A stretch of 63,274 nt of DNA, filler included, from Octopus bimaculoides (Eukaryota): NCBI RefSeq assembly GCF_001194135.2. It is 6 parts of 6 records of this genome, joined end to end, with 100 filler letters (N's around TTAATTAATTAA, not from the genome) between each part and the next. Parts side by side here need not be neighbours in the genome. Positions count along the whole stretch, not along the records: positions 1 to 30,880 come from NC_068982.1; 5 more parts are not named here. One strand, 5' to 3'. Of this stretch, positions 1 to 14,334 are shown one piece after another. A program made the translations under genes and the position numbers. Below the pieces are notes generated by a model, which worked only from the letters and a program-made list of their open reading frames with translations, did not search any database and was not told the DNA's origin. Every line of letters starts with the position of its first letter. Position 1 is the stretch's first letter.

Positions 1-550
1 GCGTGTATTTCAGGAGGTGCCTATGTCAAAGAAACTGCCTAGCTGCTTAAGATAATGAGAGTAAACATGCATTTAATCCCAAAGTGTTACTGCGACAAAA
101 TAGATTTTGCCGATCAAAGGATTAGAGATTATGTGTGTTTGCATGAGTATGTGTGTGTGTGCGCAGGTGTGGTGTATACGTGTGTTTGTAACTGTGTGTG
201 CGTGTGGGATCAAGTTTGTGTGTGTGTGTGTGTGAGTGCGTGCGTGCGTGTGTCTGCGTGCGTGCGTGTATATACCCGAAGTAAATTTATCCATCTCGGT
301 ACTATCGACTGTTCCAATCCGCTAAATACCTGGAGCCATGGAATCCTCTATATGTTGACCTACGATAATTTCAGCAACTTAATGCAGTGCGACTATAAAA
401 ACGCCATCTCGAACCTCACTTCTAACTCATTTTGAATGGTTGCCTGTTGAGATCAAAAATGGTTATTCTAAGGTGATTTCTGTTTTATTGGAACAGAACT
501 CCTTCATAAATATTATGATGTGATATATATATATATATATATGGCAAAAT

Positions 551-766
551 ATTCTTTTTTACTCTAGTCACAGGGCCCGAAATTTTGCGGGAGGGGGCTA
601 GTCGATTAGATTGACTCCAGGTACGCAACTGGTACTTAATTTATCGACCCCGAAAGGATGAAAGGCGAAGTCGACCTCGGCGGAATTTGAACTCAGACTG
701 TAAAGACAGATGAAATGCCGCTAAGCATTTCACCCGGCATGCTAACGTTTCTGCCAGCTCGCCACC
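551..766 (-). mobile_element. tRNA-derived SINE, family A (full length)
   Basis: Head ggtggcgagctggcagaa, B-box-like gagttcaaattccgcc, conserved block gtcgacttcgcctttcatcctttcggggtcgataaattaagtaccag. Confidence 0.9.
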
Positions 767-1312
767 TTATATATATGGCAAAATGTTAATGAAGCTATTT
801 CCCAGAGCGTGTGAATATGGTTGTTTGCAGTGATGTATTTATTTGCTGTCGTTTTGTAGTGCGTGCATTTTATGTATTTTTGTTTCTATATCTGTACATA
901 GGTACGTAAGTATAATACATAATTTTGTATGTATATATGTGAGTCCTGATGCCTGTGTGTATGAACAAGTATATGTATGATATGCGTGTAGATATTTAGG
1001 TGTGTTTGTATATATTATTTATTCATATATGTATTTAATATACAGTATATGTAAGTGCTGCCTGGATGTTGCGACGGATTGAAAATTCTTTGCAAGATAA
1101 CTACATGAGTAAATAAGATTAAGGGAGGGGCATAGTGTTTGTAGATATGTTAAGATTTGATAATAAATACATCCTTTTAGCAGTCTTACTATACCCGCGA
1201 ATTAATTATATATCGCCATGGATTTATTTATAGACTTTGTTCCTTCAAAGAATTTGTTCCTATAAGGAATTTGTTCATGTGCAAGAGTCATTAACTCTAA
1301 TGAACTCTAATG

Positions 1313-1450
1313 CAATGTTTCCCAACTTATTTTCCCCCAGGCACCACTATAACTTTCGAGAAAAATGTGTGTCCTACCAGTGGTTGGGGAAGAAAAAAAC
1401 AACTTTATTTGTGATATTTTATCACAACTTAATGCGGCGAATTGTTAAAA
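1313..1450. mobile_element. Partial copy of the same hAT-like MITE
   Basis: caatgtttcccaac terminus and the shared block ccactataactttcga.aaaa..gtgtgt..ggtggttgg..aaaacaactttattt. Interrupted by a SINE A. Confidence 0.5.
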
Positions 1451-1454
1451 TGTA

Positions 1455-1612
1455 GGGCGGCGAGCTGGCAGAATCGTTAGCACGCTGGGCAAAATGCTTA
1501 GCCGTGTTTCGTCCGTCTTTACAGTCTGAGTTCAAATTCTACCGAGGTCAGCTTTGCCTTTCATCCTTTCGGGAGTTGATAAAAATAAATACCAGTTGAG
1601 TAATGGGTCCCA
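1455..1612 (+). mobile_element. SINE family A (3'-truncated)
   Basis: Same head and central block as 551-766. Confidence 0.85.
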
Positions 1613-1693
1613 CCGGTGGAGCGTATGCCAAACGTTAGGAATCACTGCTCTAATGATTATCATTACAGTCAGATTGGATTTTCTTGTGACATT

Positions 1694-1795
1694 TCAAAAT
1701 AGTATAAGATTCCACAAATTAAGCTGTTCCTTATCGATGTGTAATTCCTGATCGATAAGGAACAGCTTAATTTGTGGAATCTTATACTATTTTGA
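1694..1795. repeat. Perfect 45-bp inverted repeat with a 12-nt loop
   Basis: 1694-1738 (tcaaaatagtataagattccacaaattaagctgttccttatcgat) is the exact reverse complement of 1751-1795. Confidence 0.95.
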
Positions 1796-3187
1796 TAGCG
1801 TTGATCAAGCAGAGATCACTCAACACTCCAGATATGTGATCTCTTCATCTAGTCGAAGACCACACTGGACACAGTGACATTGAATGGTTAATGTGCCTTC
1901 TGCTATAGGTTACAGGATGCAGTGTGTCAATATTGGTAAGCCGTATTTCTTTTCCCCCATCACTGCGTTTCTGTAAGGAACAACTTAAGGGAGTTCACAG
2001 ACACACATTCGTAGACACATGTTTGTATGTATATGCACACACACACACACACATACACGCGAAGGGCTTACACACAGTTTCTGCCAATCAAAATCACTCA
2101 CAAGGCATTGGTTGACCTGGGGCTATAGTAGAAGATAGAAACAACGTGGATGGAAAGTGAGCTTCTTCAACACACAACCATGTCAGCGCTCGTGTTGGAA
2201 TTTAAGACGGAATTTAGTAAAACGGAACATCCTTGTTGAAGCAGAGAACAAGTAGGGAATATGGCAACTGCATACTTAATTCGATACATAGATAGCTAAA
2301 TAAATGAATGATTATATAGTAAGTAAATATTAATTAAGCTCCTTAGAAAAGCTATTTTTCAAGATAGCTAGGGAAGAATATAGGTTCATAGTGAGATGTG
2401 TTGCTATATGGGTAAAAATTTGTTTACTAGATAGGAAAGTGAGAAGAAAGCTAACTAGTTAAAGAGAAGAAATACAAGCATCGGCAATCAAATAGATGTA
2501 AAAATAATAAAGAAATAATTGAGTACCTATGTAACGAAAAGAGAACGTGCGGTTCTTTATGTGTAATAGGCGTTAGAAAATCACATTTTGTATATGTATA
2601 TTGTTCGGTATCTTATGAAAGCTTCAAAAAAGATTTTTCGACTTCCATAGATACGTTGCTTATATGGGTGCAAATTTACATTAATTCTATTTAGTTGTAG
2701 ATTGTACGTGAGAATTTTTGGTGGCCGAATATCTCGTATGCAGACATTCACTCTTGGAAAACTTTTTGCTTTAATCTAACAGATAACAAAACAATTCATT
2801 TTCAAACTTAGAACTTCTATAAAATTTGTAAGCTATCGAAGGTCACACAACTGGTGCCGGTTTCAGTTCTCGCATGACATGTATTAATTTATAGTGACCA
2901 TTATCTATTGCTAGGCTTATTACAATAGCAACAGCTAATAGTGGTAGCAACAGCTGGGAAATTAAAAGGACATTATTCAGGTTAAATGTAGCCTTAGTCA
3001 CTCTTTTATCATTTGCTACCAAAAGAAAGCCAAAACTTGTTTCTGAGTATGTTCCAATCCTTTGAACAAACAACAGTTTCTACCTTGTTCTTAAATCGGG
3101 TTTTTACGGTAAACAATTTAGATAAATTGACACAATCATTCGTGCGCACAAAGTAACACGTGTGCACAATATCTACATTCATAAGTG

Positions 3188-3380
3188 CAGGCGTGGCTGT
3201 GTAGCAAAAAGCTTGCTTCTCAACCACATAGTTCCAAGTTCAGTCCAATTGCGTGGCAACTTGGGAATGTGTCTACTATAGCACTGTACCGGCCAAATCT
3301 TGTGAGTAGATTTGGTTTCCATCTACCAAACCCTCACTGACAGGGTTTATTAGAGGAGAAACTGAAAGAATCCCGTCGTG
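3188..3380 (+). mobile_element. tRNA-derived SINE family B head module
   Basis: gcaggcgtggctgtgtagcaa..gttcagtcc..gaaactgaaagaatcccgtcg. Other B copies at about 2060-2182(-), 9940-10085(-), 11893-11988(+), 22815-22910(-), 50520-50670(-). Confidence 0.8.
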
Positions 3381-3390
3381 TGTATATATG

Positions 3391-3444
<54 letters not shown>

Positions 3445-3448
<4 letters not shown>

Positions 3449-4600
3449 ACAGAAATAATTAGACACGCCATAAAACATTGTTTTACGTGTAACTTGAAAA
3501 GGTTTATATATTTTTTTAATGGACATTTTTATGTTTCAGGCTCTATATGTGACTGTTTAATCATGCCACATACAAACTGTCTAAATTTCAAAGAGGCTGG
3601 GATTGTGGGTCAATCTGAAAGTGAACATAGTGTAAAATCGCAGAAAACCTTGGGGATCCCACTTTCTACAGTTAATAGAGTGATAGTGCAATTCACCAGA
3701 GAGGGGAAGGAGCCCACATCAACTTGTCCAGTTCGACCAGGGCCTTCTGACAGGACCCTTTGTTTGTTAAATGAAGTGTGGAAGATAATCCTTATTGCAA
3801 AGCCTCTGACATAGCAGAACAAGTCGATTTCAGTCGCAGAACAGCTGTCAGGTATCTCCACAAACTTGGCTACTAAGACAGAGCAACAAGAAGGAAGCCA
3901 CTTCTTCAACCAGCCAATATCAAGTGGAGAAAATATTGGGCCAGTGAGATGATGGAGTAGCCGCTTGCATTTTGGTACACTATCATATTCTCTGATGAGT
4001 ATAGATTTGCTGTATTATCTGATAGTGGTCGAGTGTAGGTACAGAAACTCTGTGATCAAGAATTTGACATGTAAAGATTGCTGCCAACAATGAAACAAGG
4101 CAGATATTCGTCGATGGTCTGGGGAGCAATTTGGAGCAATAGTCAATCAGAGCTGGTGGAGTGGGATGGAAACATAAACTCAGATAAATATATGTCCATA
4201 CTGCAGAAAAGACTCCTTCCAATCTTCTCCAATGATGATATGATTAAAGAAGAATCTTTATTTATGGAAGATGGGGCTCCTTGCTACACGGCTAAAAAGA
4301 CCCAAGATTAGTTGGAAAAGAACAGCATTAAAAGACTTCCATGGCCAAACCACCAAGCCAGTCACCAGATATGAACCCTTTTGAGATTGCTGCATGAAAC
4401 TTGCAAGAAATTCCCCAAGAGAATATTCGTCATCTGATCAGTAAGATGCCTTATAGGATCCTTGCATTGAAAAATGCAAAGGGCATGTCTACTAAATATT
4501 AGATATTCACATTATAATAACTAATAGATAATTTGAATATATAATTTCAGATTTAAATAATTTTTTATGTTTATAAGTACGTCTATTTACTTCTGTCATA
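3445..4600 (+). mobile_element. Degenerate Tc1/mariner (Tc1, DD34E-like) transposon
   Basis: Broken transposase: HTH-like [43 protein letters not shown], with stops and frameshifts. Imperfect TIRs acagaaataattagac / gtctatttacttctgt. Confidence 0.85.
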
Positions 4601-4781
4601 TATATATATATATATAGTATAAGGCTGTGTAATAACTTTGATAGTGGTACTTGCTTTCTTTCTGTCTGTTGAGTCTTAGCGGATCAAATATGAGAATCAT
4701 TACTACATCGCAGAATTATGGAATTAATTCATCTATCTGAAGAGTGCGTAAGCTGATTAAAAACATGTAATTCTCCATCCA

Positions 4782-4829
<48 letters not shown>

Positions 4830-6073
4830 TATCAATGTGTACATATGTGCTTATTTGTGTGTGTATGTGTGTGCGTGTGTATGTGTGTATCAGTGTGTAC
4901 ATATGCGGCTCTCTGTGTGTGAATGTCTGCCTTTTCTCTCTTCTCTTGACAGCTTGAGTAAGTTTATTTATGTATCCGTAAGTTAGCGGTTCAGTAAAAG
5001 AGACAGACAAAATAAGTATCAGGTTTAAAATAAGTATAGGGGTCAGTCCAATGACTGCAACGAGTAAAAAGGATAAAAGAAAGTATTTTGTAGACACAGC
5101 ATGAAGCAACTAGAATATAAGCCTCTGCTTAGCCATCAAGTATCCCAGGTAACTTTCCTTGAATACTCTGTTCTTAATCACGAATTGAGTTAAAATGAGT
5201 AAAGCAGAATAATGCATTTTAGCTAAGAAACACAAAGAAACGATTGAATCCACTCAGTTCTGTTACATCTACGTGAATGAGTGAACGAGAACAATGACTA
5301 ACGATAGACGAGCTGCAAATAACCATGGCATTTAGGAAGAACTAATATCATCACGATGGTTTTTGCTTTCTGTTAACGGTGTTGCGGAGGGGTTGGCGCT
5401 GGTGATGCTTAATGGTGGTAGGGGGGGGGTTTCGGTGTTGAGTGAAGAGATAATAGAAATGGCGAGCAGAGATGGTAATTGATAGGAAGTGGAAGGGAGT
5501 GGGTAGCAAGATGGAAGGTGAGAAACGCTCAGTGTTGGCGACGGCGTTGATAGGGCTTTGTGCTAGTGGCNNNNNNNNNNNNNNNNNNNNNNNNNNNNNN
5601 NNNNNNNNNNNNNNNNNNNNNNNNNNNNNNNNNNNNNNNNNNNNNNNNNNNNNNNNNNNNNGGGGGGGGGGATAGTGGTGATAGTGTTTGTCGTAGAGAT
5701 GAGTTACATTGAAGATATGACCAACGGCGGTTGTGGTGGGAGAGACAAACGTAATAGAATGTTGGCACTATTAGAGGGAGGCCGAGAAACAGATATGCTG
5801 GTACAGGTACGTTTGGGAGTCAGACAAACAGAAATGTATGTATGTATGTGTGTGTGTGTATGTGTGTGTATGTATGTATGTATGTATGTATGTGTATGTA
5901 TGTATGTGTGTGTGTATGTATGTATAGATGTATGTGTGTGTGAGAGGCAGAGAGAGGGAAGGAGAGAGGGACAAAGAGAGAGGGATAGCTAAAAATACAT
6001 CGATATACACATAGAGAAAGGCAGAAAGGCAGAGTAGCAGACATACAGTGAGAAAGACAGAGAGTGTGTGTGT

Positions 6074-6127
<54 letters not shown>

Positions 6128-6490
6128 TAGATGGTGAGAGAGGTGGTGGATGAGATGGTGAGATGGTGAGATAGATAGAGAGATAATGAGAGAAATAGAG
6201 CGAGATGGTGAGAGAGCTAGAGAGAGATGGTGATATATANNNNNNNNNNNNNNNNNNNNNNNNNNNNNNNNNNNNNNNNNNNNNNNNNNNNNNNNNNNNN
6301 NNNNNNNNNNNNNNNNNNNNNNNNNNNNNNNNNNNNNNNNNNNNNNNNNNNNNNNNNNNNNNNNNNNNNNNNNNNNNNNNNNNNNNNNNNNNNNNNNNNN
6401 NNNNNNNNNNNNNNATATATATATATTATTTTGCTTAAAAGAGTTCCAACACTGTCTGTTTTTTATGTTTTATTTATATTCCTGCAGAAC

Positions 6491-6531
<41 letters not shown>

Positions 6532-6607
6532 GATACATTTCTTTTATTAGCCACACAGGGCTCAACGAAGATGGGACAAAAGAGAGAAATAAATAGATAG
6601 ATGGTAC

Positions 6608-6650
<43 letters not shown>

Positions 6651-7039
6651 GAAAGGAAAGATATAGAAAGGTTTTCTATAACAAGAGAAATTCGTACATT
6701 AAACAAGAGATTCTTAAGATAAACTATTTAAGAGAAAATGGCGTAGTAACAATCTGGATAGCAAATGCAAAATAAAGGTGAAGTCTGAGGTAAGATTATA
6801 AGAGAATGTGGGGTGAGAAGGGGGTAATGCGATTAAAAAGATAAGAGAGAAACAGAGATAGAAAGCAAAAAAGAGTAGTCAAGGATTATTTTTGTAAAAC
6901 GAAGTGAAAGGAGGGTAAAATAACTGAATAATTACGAAACAGATCAGTAGTGGAGAGAAAAAAAAGGAGTGTATAAATTGGGGTGTTCACACAAAGTTCT
7001 CATTAAAAAAGCGGTAGTAAAATAAATAAAATAAATACG

Positions 7040-7070
<31 letters not shown>

Positions 7071-7273
7071 ATAGTTCTGGGATGCAAGAGTCAGTGAAGG
7101 GAAGAAATTTAGGAACTAAATATATTCTGAGATGCTTATGTGCCAAGAAATGCTGATATGGTTGCACATAACTTACATGCATGCGTGCATAATACATGTA
7201 TATACATAGACATACACGCTCAGAGAAACACAAGTGTACATGCTCAAACACAGATATACATGTGAGTGAGTGA

Positions 7274-7315
<42 letters not shown>

Positions 7316-8545
7316 AAGCATAGATATTTTTAAATAAATGTACTTTTGAATAATTTCTGGAGATATAAAATCGTGCGTGAACTGAATACGCACTATATGG
7401 GTATATATGAATTAATATAAGGTGGGGGCCTAAAGTCTGATGCCTCAGTAGGGGTGCTGTCGTAAAATAAGGTTTGTCCCAGGTGTTTCAAATCAGGCAA
7501 AGCCCCTCCCTCTCCGAGTTGGAATGCAAGCGATTTCTTCCCGAGAAACTAACAGACAGAGAGAAAGAAGAGTCGGTCCTGTACCGTCCCCGATAGGCTG
7601 AAATGATAGATTCACTTGGGCGGAATTTGAACCCGAATGCAGAGGGCCGAAATGGATATAAAAAAAAAAAACGTCTAATGTGACATCGCTAACTATGCGG
7701 CCAACTTACTCATTCGCTTATGAACAGGCATTTATATAACTGTATCTACTTGGTATTTTGTAATTCATTTTGATCAGACAAGTCTTATTATTCTGGATTG
7801 AATGGCAACTATGATCCACGCGCCACCGAACTATTGAGCGCGCATGTGTGTGTGTGTGTGTGTGTGTGATTTTACGTCATATTTTCCCATTGAGGGTAAC
7901 CTGGCTTCGCCCAATAGATCTATTGAAGGTTATGTTATTCCACACCCCTATGACAGCATGGGCCTTAGTTATGCATGAAAGTTGTTACGATATAAGCCAT
8001 ATTTCCTGCGAAATAGCTGTCAAGATAAGACCACTACATAACTCCTTTCGTTTGTTTTATATTCGTTATTTTATACTTTCTATTTCGCATGCCATGCAAT
8101 TAAGCTTACTTTTGTATGTATGTATGTATGTATGTATGTATGTATGTATGTATGTATCATGTATGTACGCGTGCATATGTAGAAATGTGTATGTGGATAT
8201 ACTTTCTTTTGTTATTGAAAGCAGAGTACTCAATAATTGTGTATAACATTGCATTATCATATAGTTTACATGTCAAAGTCGTTGTAGGTTGACGAAAGTT
8301 TTTTGAATGATTTTTGAAATGAAGAAACTGTACGGAAGCCTTTCATGTGTGTTTGTTTGCGTGAGTGTGTGTGTGTGTGTGTGTGTGCGTGCGTGCGTCT
8401 TTGTGTTTGACTGCTTTAAAAGCAGAGTTAGTTTATTACGTACTTCAAAATTAGAGTTTCGGGAAAAGGAGCCTCGTGGAATACGTAACAGCTTTAAAAT
8501 GAGGACCGGATGAGGCCGGATGAAAATGAGTTTCATCGACCAGAA

Positions 8546-8850
8546 CAGGGATTCCCAACGTTGGGGATGCGCCCCACCGGTGAGGCCTGGGAAGATTGTG
8601 GTGAGACACGGTGTCGTAGTCACCAGGTACAAGATTCTCATTGAAATGATTCACTTTTTCTCTTAATAATGTACTTTTCTTTGAACGCAATACTTAATAA
8701 AAAAGTTACTGGTAAATTTTTTCTGTTAAAAAAATTGTGATAAGATATTAAAAATAAAGTTGTTTTTGCCTTCCAACCACCGTGGAACACACAATTTTTT
8801 CGAAAGTTATAGTGGGGCCGGAGGGGTGGGGAATTGGTTGGCAAATACTG
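8546..8850. mobile_element. hAT (Charlie-like) MITE
   Basis: Ends cagggattcccaac / gttggcaaatactg. The interior is homologous, inverted, to 1313-1450. No TSD seen. Confidence 0.55.
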
Positions 8851-8979
8851 TACTAAACACTTCAAGGCATTGATCTAGCGTGACCACAGTCCAATGGTTA
8901 AAATCCAACAAAAGAATACGAATTAGATTAATGATAAAATAAATAACCACATATATTTTAATATATATTCCGACAGAAA

Positions 8980-9195
8980 GGCGGCGAGCTGGCAGAATCG
9001 TTAACATGCCGGGCGAAATGCTTAGCGGTATTTCGCCTGTCTTTACTTTCTGAGTTCAAATTTCGCCCAGGTCAACTTTGTCGTTCATCCTTTCGGAGGT
9101 CGATAAACTAAGTATCAGTTGCGTCCTGGAGATCGATCTAATCGTCTGGCCCCCTCCCCAAAAACTATGGGCCTTATACCTAGATAAGAATATAT
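8980..9195 (+). mobile_element. SINE family A
   Basis: Full-length match to the family A pattern. Confidence 0.85.
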
Positions 9196-9206
9196 ATTCT
9201 GGTAGC

Positions 9207-9250
<44 letters not shown>

Positions 9251-10763
9251 TGTATTTGTGTCTATGTGTTTCGTGTTTATGTTATGCGCCTTTATACTTA
9301 GTTATCTTGCCAATTGAGAAATAGGGGGTCGATAACACAAATACCAGAGTGAAATGTGTTGGAGTGGATATGGTTGACTAAAAGTTTGAATTCGGGGCCC
9401 CAGCATGGCCAAACTCTACTGACCAGAATCTGAAAAAGAATAAATGAATACACATATTCATTCATTATATTTCTGTGAATAGACTTGTGAATGAAGGTCA
9501 TGCTTTATCTTTTACTTAAGTCAGATATTAGACTGCGACTATGCTGGGGCACCGCACTGGAAGACAGTACATTGTTTCCTAAGCCTGGTATATATACTAT
9601 CGGTGTATAATGCTACAGTGGAAGACAAGGTGTTCAACGCGTCACGCAATAAGAAATTTATGAATTTATAGCATGCTCAATCTCCAAGCAAACTTCTTTC
9701 TACATAGCCTCGTTAATGTCAGAAAAAAACGTGTGACAAGACAAAGTCAAACAGAAGACAGACACTAACACGCACACACAAGGCATTGGACTGCAACCAT
9801 GCTGAGACACTGCCTTGGAGGGCAGTACATTTTATTATAAGCCTGGTACTTATACTGTGGTTGTCTATTGGAAAAACCGTTAATTTACAGGACCGTAAAC
9901 AAACAAACACTGATTGTCAACGGTAGTGAGTTACGAACACAAACTACACCCAACGACGGGCTCCTTTTAGTCTCTGTCTTCCAAATCCATTCACAAATTT
10001 GACCCAGGGCTTATAGTGGATGACAAGGTATCCAACGTGTCACGCATTGGGGCTGAACCCGGAACCATGTGGCTTGGAAGCAAACATTTTTCTACACAGC
10101 CACGTTTAATGTCTAGAAAATGTGTGACAAGACAAAGTCAACCAGGAAACTCCGCACACACAAAACAATCTTTTATCCGTTTCAGGCATTATTTTCTTTA
10201 GATAAGAATATTTTAAGTAATGGTTAATACACCATCTAAAAAATGCAAGTAATAACGACTTTTGACCTCAGTATGTCAACCTAACTTCGTTTTGTCCCAC
10301 TTACCAAGAATGCTTTAAACAATTGTTTTCTCATTTTTCAACCTCTTTTTTTCTGCTTTTCTTTCTCTTTATCAAATTTCTTTTCCGTTAATATACGTCT
10401 AAGTATGCATACATGCATGTTTTTCTCTCTTCCTGGTTAGGGTTTAAAAGTTTATTTTGACCGGATACTAAGTCTATGGTATTTATAACGATATAAATAC
10501 AATACATTAGATCAAGTTCTCGCTATCCATTTCGATACCATTAATCTTTTAAGTTTGAAGACTCCTTGACTTTGTTGCCGCATACATCATAATCACCTGC
10601 AGTGTATAAACTATGAATTTATGGCATGCTCATTCTCCAAGAAGCTAAATATAGCCATATGTTTATTCAAGTGAGCTGAAGAATGTATGCCTGTACGTAC
10701 GTATCAATGTATTTATATAGGTCTGTAAGAAGGGATATCTTCAGTTAACAAAATTCGTTACAA

Positions 10764-10810
<47 letters not shown>

Positions 10811-12557
10811 AAAAGAACACTTGACAAAGGATCCTTAACCCGAAATATTGAAATACAAGATTAAAGGTACAAAACATCGACCCATTATTTCTTATAACTT
10901 GCATTGTTTTAGCTTTAGAATAAAATTTTAAACATTCATCTCTATGAGACACTGCTCCATAAACCTATTCTACAAACACACACACACACACACACATAAT
11001 ATACAATATTCAGTGACGCCCTAAAAGCACTGTAAATTACCGGCTGCTATTTCTAGCTATGATCGTACACATACTTNNNNNNNNNNNNNNNNNNNNNNNN
11101 NNNNNNNNNNNNNNNNNNNNNNNNNNNNNNNNNNNNNNNNNNNNNNNNNNNNNNNNNNNNNNNNNNNNNNNNNNNNNNNNNNNNNNNNNNNNNNNNNNNN
11201 NNNNNNNNNNNNNNNNNNNNNNNNNNNNNNNNNNNNNNNNNNNNNNNNNNNNNNNNNNNNNNNNNNNNNNNNNNNNNNNNNNNNNNNNNNNNNNNNNNNN
11301 NNNNNNNNNNNNNNNNNNNNNNNNNNNNNNNNNNNNNNNNNNNNNNNNNNNNNNNNNNNNNNNNNNNNNNNNNNNNNNNNNNNNNNNNNNNNNNNNNNNN
11401 NNNNNNNNNNNNNNNNNNNNNNNNNNNNNNNNNNNNNNNNNNNNNNNNNNNNNNNNNNNNNNNNNNNNNNNNNNNNNNNNNNNNNNNNNNNNNNNNNNNN
11501 NNNNNNNNNNNNNNNNNNNNNNNNNNNNNNNNNNNNNNNNNNNNNNNNNNNNNNNNNNNNNNNNNNNNNNNNNNNNNNNNNNNNNNNNNNNNNNNNNNNN
11601 NNNNNNNNNNNNNNNNNNNNNNNNNNNNNNNNNNNNNNNNNNNNNNNNNNNNNNNNNNNNNNNNNNNNNNNNNNNNNNNATATATATATATTTGTGTGGT
11701 TGAAAATGCACCTGAACTTGAAAAACTTGTAATTGTTTTTAAATGAATTTATTTACATACATACTAAACTAGTTGCAACAATATTTTTGTTTATCAATGC
11801 TAAAAATTTAAAATTGTGAAGCAGAAAAATATGTTTAAAAGATTCAATTAAGGTACCGTTGATGTTTACTTCCCAACAGTGTTGTCTTCGTTTCAATATC
11901 GCAGCACCTTTGACAAGTGTCTTCAATTGGAGCCCCGACCAAAGCCTTGTGAGTGGATTTGGTAGGTGCAAACTGAAAGAAGGCCGTCATACATACATGC
12001 ATACATACATATATATGTACATACATACATACATACATACATACATACATACATACATACATACATGCATATGTGTGTACATCTTTGTTTTGGCCCCACC
12101 AGCGCTTGACAACCGCTGTTGGCTTGTTTACATTTCCATAACTGGATGGTTCGGCAAAAGATAATAAGTGCGAAGTTTAAAAAAATAAGTGTCAGGCTTA
12201 AAAAAGTAAGTATTTGTGTCGCTTTGTTTTACTAACCACTTCAAGATGCTGTCCCTGGATGGCCGCAGTTCAATGAGAAAATATATATACAAAACCCAAT
12301 TTTTGAAGAAATTTCAGTAATTTTGTCGAATTTCTTGGTAGTCTGTATGTTTGGGCTTACAGTTATGTAATGGTAAGAAGCTATCATCTCTATATAAACC
12401 ACCAGAGATTGACATAAAATGTTCATTTAATTAAGTCAGAATATGCATTCCTACAATACTGCGTCGTCAGTTGGCACATGCGGTATACGTACAAAATCGT
12501 ATTTCACAGTTTGTATCTGAGTTGGTTTTATAAATTCTGCCGTTAATATCAACACTG

Positions 12558-12643
<86 letters not shown>

Positions 12644-13141
12644 TCTCTTTCTCTCAAATGGATATGATTTATAGTGTATAGAGCACATTCTAAAATGCAA
12701 AATAGTATCAGATACTGCGGCTAAATAACTTCTTTAATAAGTAATTTAGCCGTGGTGTAATGGCTGAAAGAAACCTGTCGTCAGATGTTGGTAAAAAATG
12801 AGAAACATACAACTAATCTGCAATAATGGAGATTTTACGCAACTGTTCTTTCTTGATGAAGAAAATGGGGCCAGAGAGGTTTCTAAGCTAAAAGAGTTCA
12901 TATTTTCAAAAACATTATCAAGGTAAATTTTACTGCTATTTCAAGCATGTCGAAAAACCACTTAGGAGCTTTCGTAAAAGTAATGCGTTTCTGATTAAGT
13001 TGTTGCTGGAATACATCAGAAGCTTATTCAATCAAAAAATAATAAGAAAATATGAGAATTTCTTAATGGAACATTGAAATTGACAATGTTATAGTGTTAA
13101 AAGAAAACTCTTAACTATGTACTGAAGCGCGCGCACGCACG

Positions 13142-13186
<45 letters not shown>

Positions 13187-13554
13187 GTAACATACACATA
13201 CATACATACATACAAAAACATATACAATATATAGTGTTAAATGTAGAGCATTAGTCACACAAAAACCGGAAAAAGATTGGTAACAGAGCTTATAGTATAT
13301 TGTATCTACATAGCTAAGATTACTTAAAATGGGATAGGTTCCACTAAAACTGATTTGCTGAAAAACAAGAATCTACTTTTATTAAATATGCTAGTTTAGC
13401 TTCACTATAAGGAATTTAAAAAAATTGCAACACTCCAGGTTTTATCATTTCCCATCCAGAAAAATTAAGATCGATCTGAATCGTTTTTACCCACCATCCC
13501 TTTTTGTGCCACAAGTAGATAAAACTTTGCGCTGTAATCAATTTGTTCACTTTA

Positions 13555-13763
13555 GGGTGCTGAAAAGTTCCTAGCTTTAAGAGTATCGCGAAAGGCCTGG
13601 TTGGAGGCCCAACATTCTGAGTTCTTTTATAGAGCCTAAAAAATGTGAAGGACCACTGCAATAAGTCCGTCAATCTGAGAGGGGAATATGTTGAAGAAAA
13701 TCATAATTAACTTATCCTCCTGTATTTTCTTTTGCCCAAAGCCAGGAACTTTTCAGCACCCAA
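13555..13763 (+). mobile_element. Internally deleted mariner-like MITE
   Basis: TIRs gggtgctgaaaagttcctagcttt / aaagccaggaacttttcagcaccc. Interior encodes HCNKSVNLRGEYVE, similar to the mariner transposase C-terminus. Confidence 0.7.
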
Positions 13764-13768
13764 TCGTG

Positions 13769-13827
<59 letters not shown>

Positions 13828-14161
13828 NNNNNNNNNNNNNNNNNNNNNNNNNNNNNNNNNNNNNNNNNNNNNNNNNNNNNNNNNNNNNNNNNNNNNNNNN
13901 NNNNNNNNNNNNNNNNNNNNNNNNNNNNNNNNNNNNNNNNNNNNNNNNNNNNNNNNNNNNNNNNNNNNNNNNNNNNNNNNNNNNNNNNNNNNNNNNNNNN
14001 NNNNNNNNNNNNNNNNNNNNNNNNNNNNNNNNNNNNNNNNNNNNNNNNNNNNNNNNNNNNNNNNNNNNNNNNNNNNNNNNNNNNNNNNNNNNNNNNNNNN
14101 NNNNNNNNNNNNNNNNNNNNNNNNNNNNNNNNNNNNNNNNNNNNNNNNNNNNNNNNNNNNN

Positions 14162-14248
<87 letters not shown>

Positions 14249-14334
14249 ATGGACAAGCTGTTATATATGGCATCAATACATTATAAATATGTTATATAAA
14301 TAACATTTAGAACGAAGATAATCCTTGAGGCTTA

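Noticed and set aside
55-435. ORF containing KCYCDK and IDCSNPLNTW
   Set aside because: It spans a (TG)n tract, has no convincing splice sites and no recognisable domain.
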